A DNA stretch of 47,034 nt from the NCBI GenBank assembly GCA_001724245.1, contig MEDX01000017.1:1-47034 (forward strand), written 5' to 3'. The stretch's first letter is position 1. Each line of letters begins with the position of its first letter. The DNA comes from Fonticula-like sp. SCN 57-25 (taxonomy: Eukaryota). Below, piece by piece: positions 11,601 to 21,481 of the stretch. The translations under genes were made by a program, and so were the position numbers. Below the pieces are notes generated by a model. The model did no database searches. It was given only the letters and a program-made list of their open reading frames with translations, and was not told the DNA's origin.

Positions 11601-12650
11601 CGCTCGCGTATCGTGGATGCCAGCGTGGCGCCTGGCGTGCGGCTTCGGCTGATGGAGAACTTACACGCGTCGTTGCCGCGCGCGGCGCAGGAGGCGCTGC
11701 TGCCGCACCGCGTGGTCGCGCTGATCAAGCAAAAGTGGCCGCAGTCGTCGGTAGCGGCGGCGGACGTTTCCGCGCGGCCGTCCGAGATGCTGGTGGGCCT
11801 GCTCGAGTCGCTGGATCCCGACGTGGCCGAGAACGACACGCGCATCCTGATTGTGGCGATGCTCGCCATGCTGTTGCGGCCGCATGCGGACGCTGCGTGG
11901 CCGTACATTCTAAAGTTTTTGCTGCGCGCCCCCACGCCGACCGTGCGCGACTTTGTGCTGTCTCTGCGGGCGTCGCTTCCGTCGTCGGCCCTCTCGCCCG
12001 ACGACGAGGACGAGCTCTCGGAGCTGCTTGCAGAGCGCGCGGCTGCCGACGCGGAGACCGACCCACACAGCGCGTGCCGCCACATTGTATTTCTGCTGCT
12101 GTGCGGTCACGCGAGCGACGCCGTCGCGGGCCAGCTCCAGCAGCTCGCTTCCAACGACCACGTGCAGGGCTGCGCGGCGCTCCACGCAGCCATCTGCGCC
12201 AAGGGGCTCCTGCACGTCGTACAGGGGACGCCGCTCTTTGCCGCTTGCGAGGCGATGCTCGCGTCCCCCGACGTCGAGTACCGCACGCTCCTCTCCAACA
12301 TGGCGCTCGCGTCGCTGGTTGCGCGCGGTGGCGCCACCCTCCACGCAGCGCGCCTCTTTGCGCGGCTCATGGGCGTGCACCCCGCCGCGCACAGCATTGA
12401 TGCGCTAATGGGACTGCTCCGCGGCTACCTTGCCCGCGCGCGGGAGGCGGCGGGCAAGCTGGCGACTGGCGGGCACGCGCCGCCGTCGCTCTCGCGGACA
12501 ATGTGGGACCTCTACGCGGCGGACGTCGGGGGCGCTGTGTTTGACGCAATGGTTGACGTGAGCGCGTTTGTCGAGCACGGCATCGCGCCGTCGGCGGTCG
12601 TGGCGGCGTGCGACGACGCGCGCGCGGCACTTGCGCCATTCTTTAATTGA
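5697..12650 (+). CDS. NBAS: NBAS / Sec39-like subunit of the NRZ/Dsl1 ER tethering complex (N-terminal beta-propeller plus Sec39 domain), multi-exon
   Basis: Exon 1 MGDALLFNTVSAATW (5697-5740), intron 5741-5801. Motifs WRQLAWSTDS, YRLLALEQTTPRELVDAKV..HFADALAVA...IYAAQWE, YRLAILQLIPE..SPRDYAALLP, WFRHRAVEIDAVAGQTD, ADEFFDNA and LLPIQV are typical of NBAS. Further introns at about 8799-8848, 8968-9014, 9188-9236 and 10689-10915. Confidence 0.9.
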
Positions 12651-12946
12651 TTTCATTCTTGTACACTATCACAATACATTTTCCAGGAATCGCAGGCGAG
12701 AAAACCTTTAGTTGAAGCCGATACTACTCTGTATAGGACGGCTACCCATCCCATGTATCTTTATTTTTTCCTTTCGTATGCGCAGTGGTTTCCATATTGC
12801 GTATTGACCGTTTTTGATGGGCCATGCAAATATCGCTTCCTCTCCACATTGTGGGGTTGTTTTGATGGCATCCTTGGTGGGGCACGGGGTAGATACATTC
12901 ACGACCCCCGGATTTCATCCACCAGTCCACGTGGCCACCACCGACG

Positions 12947-14046
12947 ATGCGCGCCCTCGTGGTCCTTTCGGGGCGGTCGAACCCTCAGCTCGCCGGCGAC
13001 ATTTGCTCGCGTCTTGGTGTTGACCAGTCCAAGGTACGAATGGTGACGTTTGAGTTTACCTGTTGGTGCTGATGATTCCGCTGTAGCTCAAAATCGGCAA
13101 GTTTTCGAACGGCGAGACGTCGGTCGAGATTGGCAATGATGTCCGCGGCAAGGACGTGTTTATCATTCAGAGCGGCGGCAGCGGCAACGTGAACGATCAT
13201 TTCATGGAGCTTTTGATCATTACGCACGCGTGCAAGATCTCTTCCGCGCGCCGCATCACGGCGGTCATCCCGAGCTTCCCCTATGCTCGCCAGGCCGACA
13301 TCCCGTTCAAGGCCCCCGGCGATACCGAGTCCAAGGCGACCACCACCGACATTTGGCAGGCGCGGCCCGGCACGCTCGTGGCCAACATGCTCACCGCCGC
13401 CGGCGTTGACCACATCATCACGATGGAGCTCCACGACGCGCAGTTCCAGGGATTCTTTGACATTCCCGTCGACAATCTCCTCGCTGCCCCCCTCATTCAG
13501 CGCTACATTCGCCTCAACATCCCCAATTACCAGGACGCCGTCATCGTCTCGCCCGATTCTGGAGGCGCCAAGCGGTATGCCCGCGCCCCTTGCTGCGTCT
13601 TTTATGTGTGCTGACGAGTTTGTAGTGCGACCGCCATCGCGGAGCGCCTCGGCATGGACTTTGGCCTTGTGCACAAGGAGCGCAAGAAGGACCGTGCCTC
13701 TGAAAAAATGATGTTTGTTGGCAACGTTACCGGCAAGATGGCCATCATTGTTGACGACATTATCGACACTGCGCAGACGATCATCACTGCCAGCAAGGTG
13801 CTCAAGGAGCAGGGCGCTACGCGCGTGATCGCCGTGATCACGCACGGCATCCTTTCGGGCAACTCGGACGATATCCAGAATTCCGATATCGACGAGATCA
13901 TCGTATCAAACTCTATTCCGCAGGACCAAAAGCTCAAGCAGCTGTCAAAGCTCCGCACCTTTGACATTTCGTCCATCTTTGCCGAGGCCATCCGCCGCAT
14001 CCACAACGGCGAGTCAGTCTCCTTCCTCTTTGAGGAGCAGCACTAG
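12947..14046 (+). CDS. Ribose-phosphate pyrophosphokinase family protein, Prs5/PRPSAP-like variant, 3 exons
   Basis: [24 protein letters not shown]..|[27 protein letters not shown]...[13 protein letters not shown]...[17 protein letters not shown]...[10 protein letters not shown]|...VDDIIDT...[17 protein letters not shown]. Introns at 13034-13086 and 13575-13625. Confidence 0.93.
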
Positions 14047-14299
14047 ATTTCCCATTCCCTTTTTGTTTCGTCTATAAATACATTCATTCCCTTACTATTC
14101 TGTGAGCCCCTTTTGCACATAGCCGCTTATTGAGGTCAGTCAACATCACACGTCATCAAATGTGTACGAATCAGCAAAAAAATGTCCATACATGTATGCC
14201 GAATGTATTTACAAACAAACTACCAGAAATATGAATGACCAAAATGAACCCATAAGACCGAAATAAGCAGTCTCGTGGCACGCTTGAATGAACGTCATC

Positions 14300-16336
14300 T
14301 CAATTCGCAAACGACCTGTGCCTGTGCATGTGGTGCCGAAACGTCGACTGGATGATCTGCGCGGCGCGCTGCCTCCTCCTGTTGTACTTTCTGAACGCGC
14401 GCTGAATGGTGACCGCCTTGCTCTGCAGCCGCAGCTCGTCGTCGTGCCGCGCGCCGGTCGCCTTGCCGCCCTGCTGATGCACCTGCCTCCGCTCGCCCAT
14501 GACAACATCGGCGGGCACACTCTCCTCCTCTTCCTCTTCTTCTTCCTCCTCGTCTACAGCCATGTCCATCTGCTGCCGCTTGTTGTTGACGACCTGCTGC
14601 CTGTAGTTTCGCAGCGCGCCCTGCATCTTTTGCGCCTCGAGCCCAAACGCGTCAACCGGTCGTCCGGCGCGCTGCTGCTCGCGCAGGTGCAGCACGTTGA
14701 TGATTGCATCTCTGATGTAGAGCACGTCGGCGACGCGGTCGCTCCCGCTGGACGTCTTGCTTCGGATGGCGCGCTGCAGCGCCGCGGCCACCTGCGTCTT
14801 CCCCCGGGCCGCAGCGATGCCCTCGAGCATCCCGAGCCATTCGGCCGGCAGAAGGTGCAGTACAAAGCTGACGTAAGCCTCGACGACGCCGACGCGGCCG
14901 AGCGCCGCGGCGATCCAGAGCGGCGACGGCGGCGGCGGCGCGGCGGCCGGCGCGGCGCTCAGCTGGATGTGCGCCTTGTGTTCGGGCACGCTGATGAGAA
15001 ACTTGTTGCTCGTGATGACAAACATGAGGTTGACGAGCCCGACGAGGCCGAGCGCCGCGGCGTAGTGCGCGAGCGTAAAGCCGTGCGGGTCCGCGTGCTC
15101 CCACATGAACGCGCACAAGTTGTCGCTGCCCATGATCGCACTCAGCTTGCACACGAGCAGCATTAGGCGCGACTCGAGGCTCACAAGGAAGGGGCTGCTG
15201 TGCCCGGCGGCGTCCTTGCTCTGGATGTCTGAAACGAGACGCTGGAAGGCGTCGTCGCCGGCGCCGCCAGACGCGCCGCGCAGCTCGCTGTTGATGGCAG
15301 TCAAATTGCCTTCAATAACGCCGAGCAGCTCGACAAGGCGGCCCTGCACGACCGCCTCGGGAAGCGCCGACCAGTCGCCCGCGGGGTTGGCGCGGTACTC
15401 AAAGGCGCGGCCCTCGCTCGCGCTGTCGTCGCTCCCAAACACGCGCAGCGCCACTGTGCCTGCGGGGTGCGCCGGCGACACGCAGCTAATCACATTCGGT
15501 GCCACGTGTTCGGCCGACACAAGGGCGTCGCCAAAGGCGCACCGGTAGCCGACGCCAGGCTGGAAGCCGCCGACGAGCAGCACGCGCTGCTGGCCCTCGA
15601 CAAAGCTCCACGCGGGCGCATAGTCGGCGAGCGCGAGAACCGGCGGACGGGCGGCGGACGCGCCAAGCTCGTCCAGAGATGAGGAGACGTCGTCGCTGAG
15701 CTCGGGAAAAGACGCCAGCGCCTCGTCGTCGATCGACTCTTCGTCGCGCAGCACGACATCGGGCACAGGGCGCTCCACCTGGAGATCGTCAAGGTAGTGG
15801 ATCAGGACCAGCTGCGGGCTGCCGATGACCCAGTAGAGGCGGCGGTGAAAGGAAGGCCACTCGGAAGAGTGAGCGTAGCACGCATACAGCTTTGCCTCGC
15901 CGCTCAGATGAAGACGGACGTGGTCCTCGCGGAGACTCGTGCTGTAGCTGCGCGACTTCCAAAAGTGGCCGTCCTTGCGAAAGTTGCGGCGGGCGACCTT
16001 TCGTACAACATACAGAAAACCGCTCGGCGGGCGCGTCGCGGTCTCTGTCAAAACGTCAAGACCAAATGCAGAAGGAGTCGAAAGAATAGAAAGGATTTCG
16101 CTGCTCGTTAGGCGGCGCGCAAGCATCCCTGTCCCAGAGGGATGCGCCACCAGACCAGGTATTGTCATGGGAAGCAGCAGGGAAGACCCACTCTGCGAAC
16201 GCCGACGAGAGGCAACGGACGCTGGAGGAGACAGTTCAACAGGAGCCACGCTACTCTCCTCTTGAAAGTACTCGGCTATAGAGTCCGGGACGCCATCGCC
16301 AAGGCCGCCGGCCGCCACGGCCCCGTCCCCTGACAT
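14300..16336 (-). CDS. CAMTA: Calmodulin-binding transcription activator (CG-1 DNA-binding domain, IPT/TIG, ankyrin-like repeats, IQ motifs), intronless
   Basis: CG-1: RPPSG..FRKDGHFWKSR..LREDHVRL..CYAHS..FHRRLYW..LVLIHYL. TIG: DYAPAWSFVEG..YRCAFG..CVSPAHPAG. ANK: GFTLAHYAAALG. IQ: TIQRAFRKY and IIQSTFRHH. Confidence 0.92.
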   Translation of the reverse strand: MSGDGAVAAGGLGDGVPDSIAEYFQEESSVAPVELSPPASVASRRRSQSGSSLLLPMTIPGLVAHPSGTGMLARRLTSSEILSILSTPSAFGLDVLTETATRPPSGFLYVVRKVARRNFRKDGHFWKSRSYSTSLREDHVRLHLSGEAKLYACYAHSSEWPSFHRRLYWVIGSPQLVLIHYLDDLQVERPVPDVVLRDEESIDDEALASFPELSDDVSSSLDELGASAARPPVLALADYAPAWSFVEGQQRVLLVGGFQPGVGYRCAFGDALVSAEHVAPNVISCVSPAHPAGTVALRVFGSDDSASEGRAFEYRANPAGDWSALPEAVVQGRLVELLGVIEGNLTAINSELRGASGGAGDDAFQRLVSDIQSKDAAGHSSPFLVSLESRLMLLVCKLSAIMGSDNLCAFMWEHADPHGFTLAHYAAALGLVGLVNLMFVITSNKFLISVPEHKAHIQLSAAPAAAPPPPSPLWIAAALGRVGVVEAYVSFVLHLLPAEWLGMLEGIAAARGKTQVAAALQRAIRSKTSSGSDRVADVLYIRDAIINVLHLREQQRAGRPVDAFGLEAQKMQGALRNYRQQVVNNKRQQMDMAVDEEEEEEEEEESVPADVVMGERRQVHQQGGKATGARHDDELRLQSKAVTIQRAFRKYNRRRQRAAQIIQSTFRHHMHRHRSFAN

Positions 16337-16543
16337 GGCCTTGATCTTTACGGTAATGCTGACTGTACGTTACAATGAGATCGCGATCGCTTGTCAATGA
16401 TGAGCGCGACGCGACCGCGTGCGCCAGCGCGCTGCCATGCGGCCACTGCAGCTGAAAACACATAATGCATACATTGTACTATCACTTCAAATTATCCATC
16501 GCTGTGGAGTATCGCCGCGGTATATTGACACATATAAAAGGGT

Positions 16544-17514
16544 TCAGTTTGCCGTTGCGGTTTTCGAGGACGACGTAAAGTACACGACGATCAGAATGAG
16601 GACCAAAATAATTGCCGAAGCAACGCGGGGAATGCTGACACGCGGCTCTCCCGTCTCCGTCACGTACCCAAACACGCGCAAAAGGCCCGGAAGCTCAACG
16701 CGCCGCGTCTTGTATTTATCGTCGTCGTCGTCAGTCATCGGGATCGCAATGCTGCCGGGTGGCAATTTCCGCGAAACGACTAATAAAAACTACAGTCAGC
16801 GAAACTGATATAAACTGATAAGAAGGCGTTGAGGCGCACCGGGCTTGGGCGGCGCCGCGACGGTTTCCACAATTTGCCCGGTCGTCGACGGCACCTCATT
16901 GGGAATCGACGCGCTCGGTGGAGCCGCGGGGAACGCTGTGGCAGCAGCGGCAGCATTGGCCGGTGGCAAAGGTGCCTCCTACACGCACGACCGCTGTTAG
17001 CAGCACGAAACGAGCCGCATCGCAGCAGCGTACCTCGATGCTCAGGAGCGGCTTCGCCCACGTGGATGCAGCAAATGACTCGCGGATGCGGCGCGCCAGC
17101 GGCCCGACGTCCTTGGCCGGCGGGATGATGGCCAGGTGGCACGTTGGGCACGCGTACCCGGCGGCGGCGGTGTGCGTTGGGAGCGCGTCGCAGATCTGAT
17201 CGAGGCACGGCTTGTGGAACAAATCTGCCGGCGGCCGCGTGTTAATCAAAAGGGAATGATAAAAAACCGACACAGAATGAGGGCGAGCAGGAAGCGAGCG
17301 TACGAAGGCATTTGAGGCGGATCGTCGGGGGCCCTTCCTTGAGCGAAGCGTCGCAGACGGTGCACTTTGTAGAGTAGTCGCTGTCCTGCAGCCATTGGAG
17401 GTAGCTGTTGACGGCGCAGTGCGCGTGCGCCTCTGTCATGCACTTTTCGCACACATTTGTGCGGTGCTCAAAGCAGAAAAGGTTTGTTACGTTGTGGCAC
17501 TTGCAGAGGCCCAT
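16544..17514 (-). CDS. ZFPL1: Zinc finger protein-like 1 (Golgi B-box/PHD-RING protein with C-terminal TM helix), multi-exon
   Basis: [24 protein letters not shown]...[10 protein letters not shown]...C|DLFHKPCL...[15 protein letters not shown]-terminal DDDDKYKTR followed by a TM segment [12 protein letters not shown]. First intron at 17225-17303. Confidence 0.92.
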
Positions 17515-17834
17515 CCTCGCGTTCCGATCGTTCACCACGCTTGAACGCAATCAGGCGGGGAATCAGAAATCAGGATAAATCAGAAGAGCAAAAGACATAG
17601 CCGACAAGCGACAATAGCGTCTATCTCATACTCGACAAAGAAATACGCAATGTAGGCGTGCAAAAGGCACATGCACTGCAACTATCTGCCCAGCGTTGGA
17701 CCGAGTGCGCTAGAGCGGACCTGCATGAGAGCAATGTTCGCCGGTACTTTCCCCTGCATGCACAATAATCCGCCCCAGACTCGCATCTCAGGTTCTGGTT
17801 TTGGTCAGCGCTGCTCCTGGTCACCCGCATCGAC

Positions 17835-18771
17835 ATGTTTTCACGGCCGACGGTTGGCAGAACGGAGAACCCGTTCGAGTCGGATCCCTACGCGGAGCCC
17901 TCGAGCCCGCCCGAGTACAAGGATGACGACTTTGTGAGCTCGCCCGCCGAGGCGCTCCCGCCGCGTCCGGACGAGTTTGCCGAGGAGGATGTTGGCGGCA
18001 GCTTTGCGTCCCAGCAGCCCGCCCAGCCGACGCAGCCGCCGGGCCCCAACGAGCGCGCCAACAACTGGCCCGTCTGCAAGCCGTTCCTCTACCACAGCAT
18101 CAAGTGCGCGCCAATATCGACAGATCTTTTGATTCGCGCCCTGTTTGCTGACTCTTTCTCGTGCCCTTTCCTCCAGGGACGACATTGAAGCGTCGCATCG
18201 CGCGCTCGTCCGCCAGCTGTATGGCGCGTGGTGGCTGACGATCGCCTCGCTGACGATGAACCTCGTTGGCACGCTGTGCATCCTCATTGCCGGCATCAAC
18301 GGGCAGGACTTTGGTATCGCTGTCATGTACTTTTTCGTGATCACGGTCCTTTCCTTTTTCCTCTGGTACCGCCCCGTGTACACTGCCTTCCGCCGCGACA
18401 GCTCGTTCTACTTTTGGCTCTACTTTTTCTTTGGCGGCTGGCACGTGCTCTTCTGCCTGTACATGTGGCTCGGCTTTGAGACGACGGGCGGCGCGGGCAT
18501 CATCAACGCCGTGCTCCTCTTCAACAACGACAAGCAGGCCGAGGGCATCGTCTGCATCGTCAGCATGCTCTTTTGGTTCGCCACCGCCGTCATGAACGCA
18601 ATTCTCTTTTACAAGGTGTACCGCCACTACCGCAGCAAGGGCCACTCGTTCCAGGAGGCCCGCAACCAGGCGACCACCGCCGCCGTACAGAGCGATGTCG
18701 TCAGATCCGCCGGCGCCGCCGCCGGCACCGCCGCCTTCAACTCGTACACGAGGCAGACTGACGAGGTCTAG
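17835..18771 (+). CDS. SCAMP: Secretory carrier-associated membrane protein (SCAMP), 2 exons
   Basis: N-terminal NPF motif, NNWP..KPFLYHSI, four TM helices and the E-peptide FLWYRPVYTAFRRDSSFYF. Intron at 18104-18176. Confidence 0.93.
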
Positions 18772-19015
18772 TTTTCTTTTTGTGGGTTTTTTGCAGTATT
18801 TTGTTTGTATGGAATCCATGTCGAAAAGGCATGCGGCAAATTAATGCAGTATACGCTATGCCATCGCACTTGGCCGTGAACCAAAAATCATCAAAAATGG
18901 CTTTTATATTGGATGCTGCGGGCGAGCCAAAGAAACTAAAATCGCACAAACTATAGCAGACACATAGGCAGAGTCGGGGGTGAGCCCTCTTCCTTGGCCG
19001 TCCTCGAATAGCTCT

Positions 19016-20608
19016 CTACTTGGAGATGACGAGGTCGACGACGTTGGAGCGGGCGGCGGAAGCGCCGACGGTCATCTGGCGGGCCGAAAGGTCGACGGGC
19101 GTCGTGCGGGCCATGGGGCCCTTGGTGAAGGTGACGCTGCCGAGGTTGCCCTCGCGCTCCTTCATGGCGAAAAAGTCGCGCGACTGCGTCTTGTACTTGT
19201 CAAACGAGTCGTTGCGCTCGCTGGTGGCGAGGCCGACGTTCTGCGTCTTGTCGTAATTGGCACCACCGGCGCGCGCCAGGCGGTCGGCGATCTTGGAGTT
19301 TGAGAGCTCGTCGGTCGAATGGCACGGGATGTCCACGTGGTACACGGTGATGACCTTCTTGGTGGGCGCCTCGGCGTTGAGGAAGCGCGCGCGCGCCATG
19401 GGGGCGACGCTCTCGCCGAGCCAGCGGATGAACACAAACTTGGTGCGCTGCTCGAGGCCGACCGGCACGCGGGCGTAGCCAAAGTACGCAGCGCTCGGCG
19501 TCAGGTGCTGGCGAAGGTCCTCGCACGTGCCAGGGCCGCTGTGCTCGAGCGTAAGAGCCTTGTTGTGCGAGAAAAGCGCCCACGAAATCGACTCGTCGCC
19601 AGCGACAATGCGCTTCACGGCGTCGGCAACATCCTCGCTCACGCCGTCATAGTTGGCGCTCGTCACCACAGAGGCCGACGGGCGGGCACCGTACGTGCGC
19701 GCCGAGGCGGACGGCTTGGGCGCAGAGTACGACGACGACGACGACTCGGTCGGCACAAACGAAGTCGGCTTCGAGTACGAGACCGGCGCGCTCGAGGACG
19801 ACGACGACGACGACGACGACGACGAGTCGCGGTTGTACGAGCGCGTGGACGGCGCGGGCGCAGCAGCCGCCGGCGGCGCAGCGGCCACACCGACGCCGCG
19901 GAAGCCGTAGGGGTTGAACGACGTAGTCGTCTTGACGGGCGCCGGCTTGCGCATCTGCGGCGTCACAACGTTCCACGTCGGCTTCGGGGCGGTAACCTCG
20001 GGCTTGGCCGGCGCAGCGACCGGCGCGGCGGCGGCGGCGGCGGGCGGCGTCGAGGTGCTCGGGGAAGACGCAGTCGGGCCGCGGCGGGACGCGCGGTTGG
20101 CAGAGCTGCGCGCTCCGGGAGTCCAGTCGTCAACGACCGGGGTCTCCTTGACCTCGGCAACAGGCTCGGGCTCGGGCTCGGCAACAGGCTCGGGCTCGGG
20201 CTCGGCAACAGGCTCGGGCTCGGGCTCGGGCTCGGCAGCGGCCTCGGGCTCCGGCTCGGGCTCGGCATGCTCCTCCTGCTTGGTCTCCTCGGCCCACTCG
20301 TCCTCCTGGGCGGGAGCCTCCTCGTGCTGCTCCTCCTGCTTGGTCTCCTCGGCCCAGTCATCGTCCTGCGCGGGAGCCTCCTCCTCCTCCTGGTGGTGCT
20401 CCTCGTGCTTGGTCTCCTCAGCCCACTCATCCTGGGCGGGAGCCTCGGCCTGCTCCTCCTCATGCACCTCGTGATGCTGAGCCTCCTCGGCCCACTCGTC
20501 CTCCTGCGCGGGCGTCTCCTCCTCCTGGACCTCAGCCTGCACCTGCTCCTCCTCCTCAACGTGCTGCTGCTGCTCGGCCTCCTGCTCGTCGTCGCTCCAG
20601 TCGCCCAT
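19016..20608 (-). CDS. Coactosin/drebrin-like ADF-H actin-binding protein with long acidic and Pro/Ser-rich N-terminal extension
   Basis: C-terminal ADF-H domain: WALFSH...GTCEDLRQHL..AYFGYARV...RTKFVFIRWLGESVAPMARAR...GGANYD. Probable ATG at 20608 (MGDWSDDE). Confidence 0.85.
   Translation of the reverse strand: MGDWSDDEQEAEQQQHVEEEEQVQAEVQEEETPAQEDEWAEEAQHHEVHEEEQAEAPAQDEWAEETKHEEHHQEEEEAPAQDDDWAEETKQEEQHEEAPAQEDEWAEETKQEEHAEPEPEPEAAAEPEPEPEPVAEPEPEPVAEPEPEPVAEVKETPVVDDWTPGARSSANRASRRGPTASSPSTSTPPAAAAAAPVAAPAKPEVTAPKPTWNVVTPQMRKPAPVKTTTSFNPYGFRGVGVAAAPPAAAAPAPSTRSYNRDSSSSSSSSSSSSAPVSYSKPTSFVPTESSSSSYSAPKPSASARTYGARPSASVVTSANYDGVSEDVADAVKRIVAGDESISWALFSHNKALTLEHSGPGTCEDLRQHLTPSAAYFGYARVPVGLEQRTKFVFIRWLGESVAPMARARFLNAEAPTKKVITVYHVDIPCHSTDELSNSKIADRLARAGGANYDKTQNVGLATSERNDSFDKYKTQSRDFFAMKEREGNLGSVTFTKGPMARTTPVDLSARQMTVGASAARSNVVDLVISK
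20155..20520 (-). repeat. Coding tandem repeats: (PE)n/VAEPEPEP units and about 19-20 aa EEAPAQEDEWAEETK units
   Basis: GGCTCG arrays at 20155-20265 on the + strand, and repeated tggtctcctcggcccactcgtcctcctg blocks at 20270-20520. Confidence 0.85.
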
Positions 20609-21481
20609 CTTTGCGGATCTGCTTTGACCGTACGAGAGGGAAACAAGGTTTGTTTTGTCAAACACAAAAAATGGAAAGAAAAAGACGACGACCATGTGCA
20701 CCAATCAAATCGCGGCATGAAATATGCCACGGCCAATCAGCGTCGATTTCCTACGAGGCGCAAACAAATCTGGGCCCGCATGCCACGCTCGACAAATACC
20801 ACCGCAAATGGATGGACATGCGAGCTCCTGCAAGCCTTCTTGAGGCACATTGGGAGGATGAGGACCGAGGGGAATGGCTGCACGATTTGCGGGGCAACGC
20901 GGCTTGCACGGGTGCCGCCAGCAGACCAATTCACCAGTGATTCCACGTTGCAGACATACTGCGAAACACACGAATAAGGAAACAAAGACCATAATACCTA
21001 TGAATTCAATACATATGAATTTGTATTGCAGGGACTCTTGAGCTTTCCTTCTAGATAGCTGTTTGTCTCGCATGTCTGCACACTTGGACTGGACATTCCA
21101 TTGACGAGACTAAATCGAGCAACCGAGCCATCATGGTGAATATGGCCACACTATGCATTGAGTCGCAGTTTATCAAGGTCTTGCAGACATAGTAGCACCA
21201 TGCCATTTCCCGCTAATAGTAGGTGACCAAGAGCGGTTTAAAGCACGACATTATGGTGCTGTTGCCGCAGATTTGCCGAGCACAAGAATGCACCGTCAGC
21301 AAACACGAATGTGATTACGTCATGTTTATGTAAGGGTGTGGCAGTAAACAAGATCTCCCCTCACTGCTGAACTACACGGTAAACGAGTGTTAAATTCTGG
21401 AGCAAGCAAGACTTTTCATCGGTTTTATACATTTGCATTCATTCGCTGTTGATCTACGGGACATACATTTGCCATCCAAGC

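Noticed and set aside
12770-12830. Hairpin TATGCGCAGTGG..CCATATTGCGTA with a 10-nt resemblance to the U4 snRNA 5' end
   Set aside because: The downstream U4 features (k-turn stem, U6-pairing stem I, proper Sm site) were not found, so the match is likely chance.
12947-13033. Apparent missing N-terminus or frameshift of the PRPS gene in the ORF track
   Set aside because: It resolves as a normal short first exon (12947-13033) followed by a canonical intron.
20155-20520. Regularly spaced repeats considered as a CRISPR-like array
   Set aside because: The repeats are in-frame coding units of a eukaryotic protein, with no unique spacers and no cas genes.
19319-20977. Long + strand ORF (552 aa), and similar long antisense ORFs such as 31936-33423, 43782-45401, 40512-41906 and 46353-46907
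   Set aside because: They are shadow ORFs antisense to well-supported genes, expected from high GC3 codon bias, and are Arg/Leu/Ala-rich with no domain signal.
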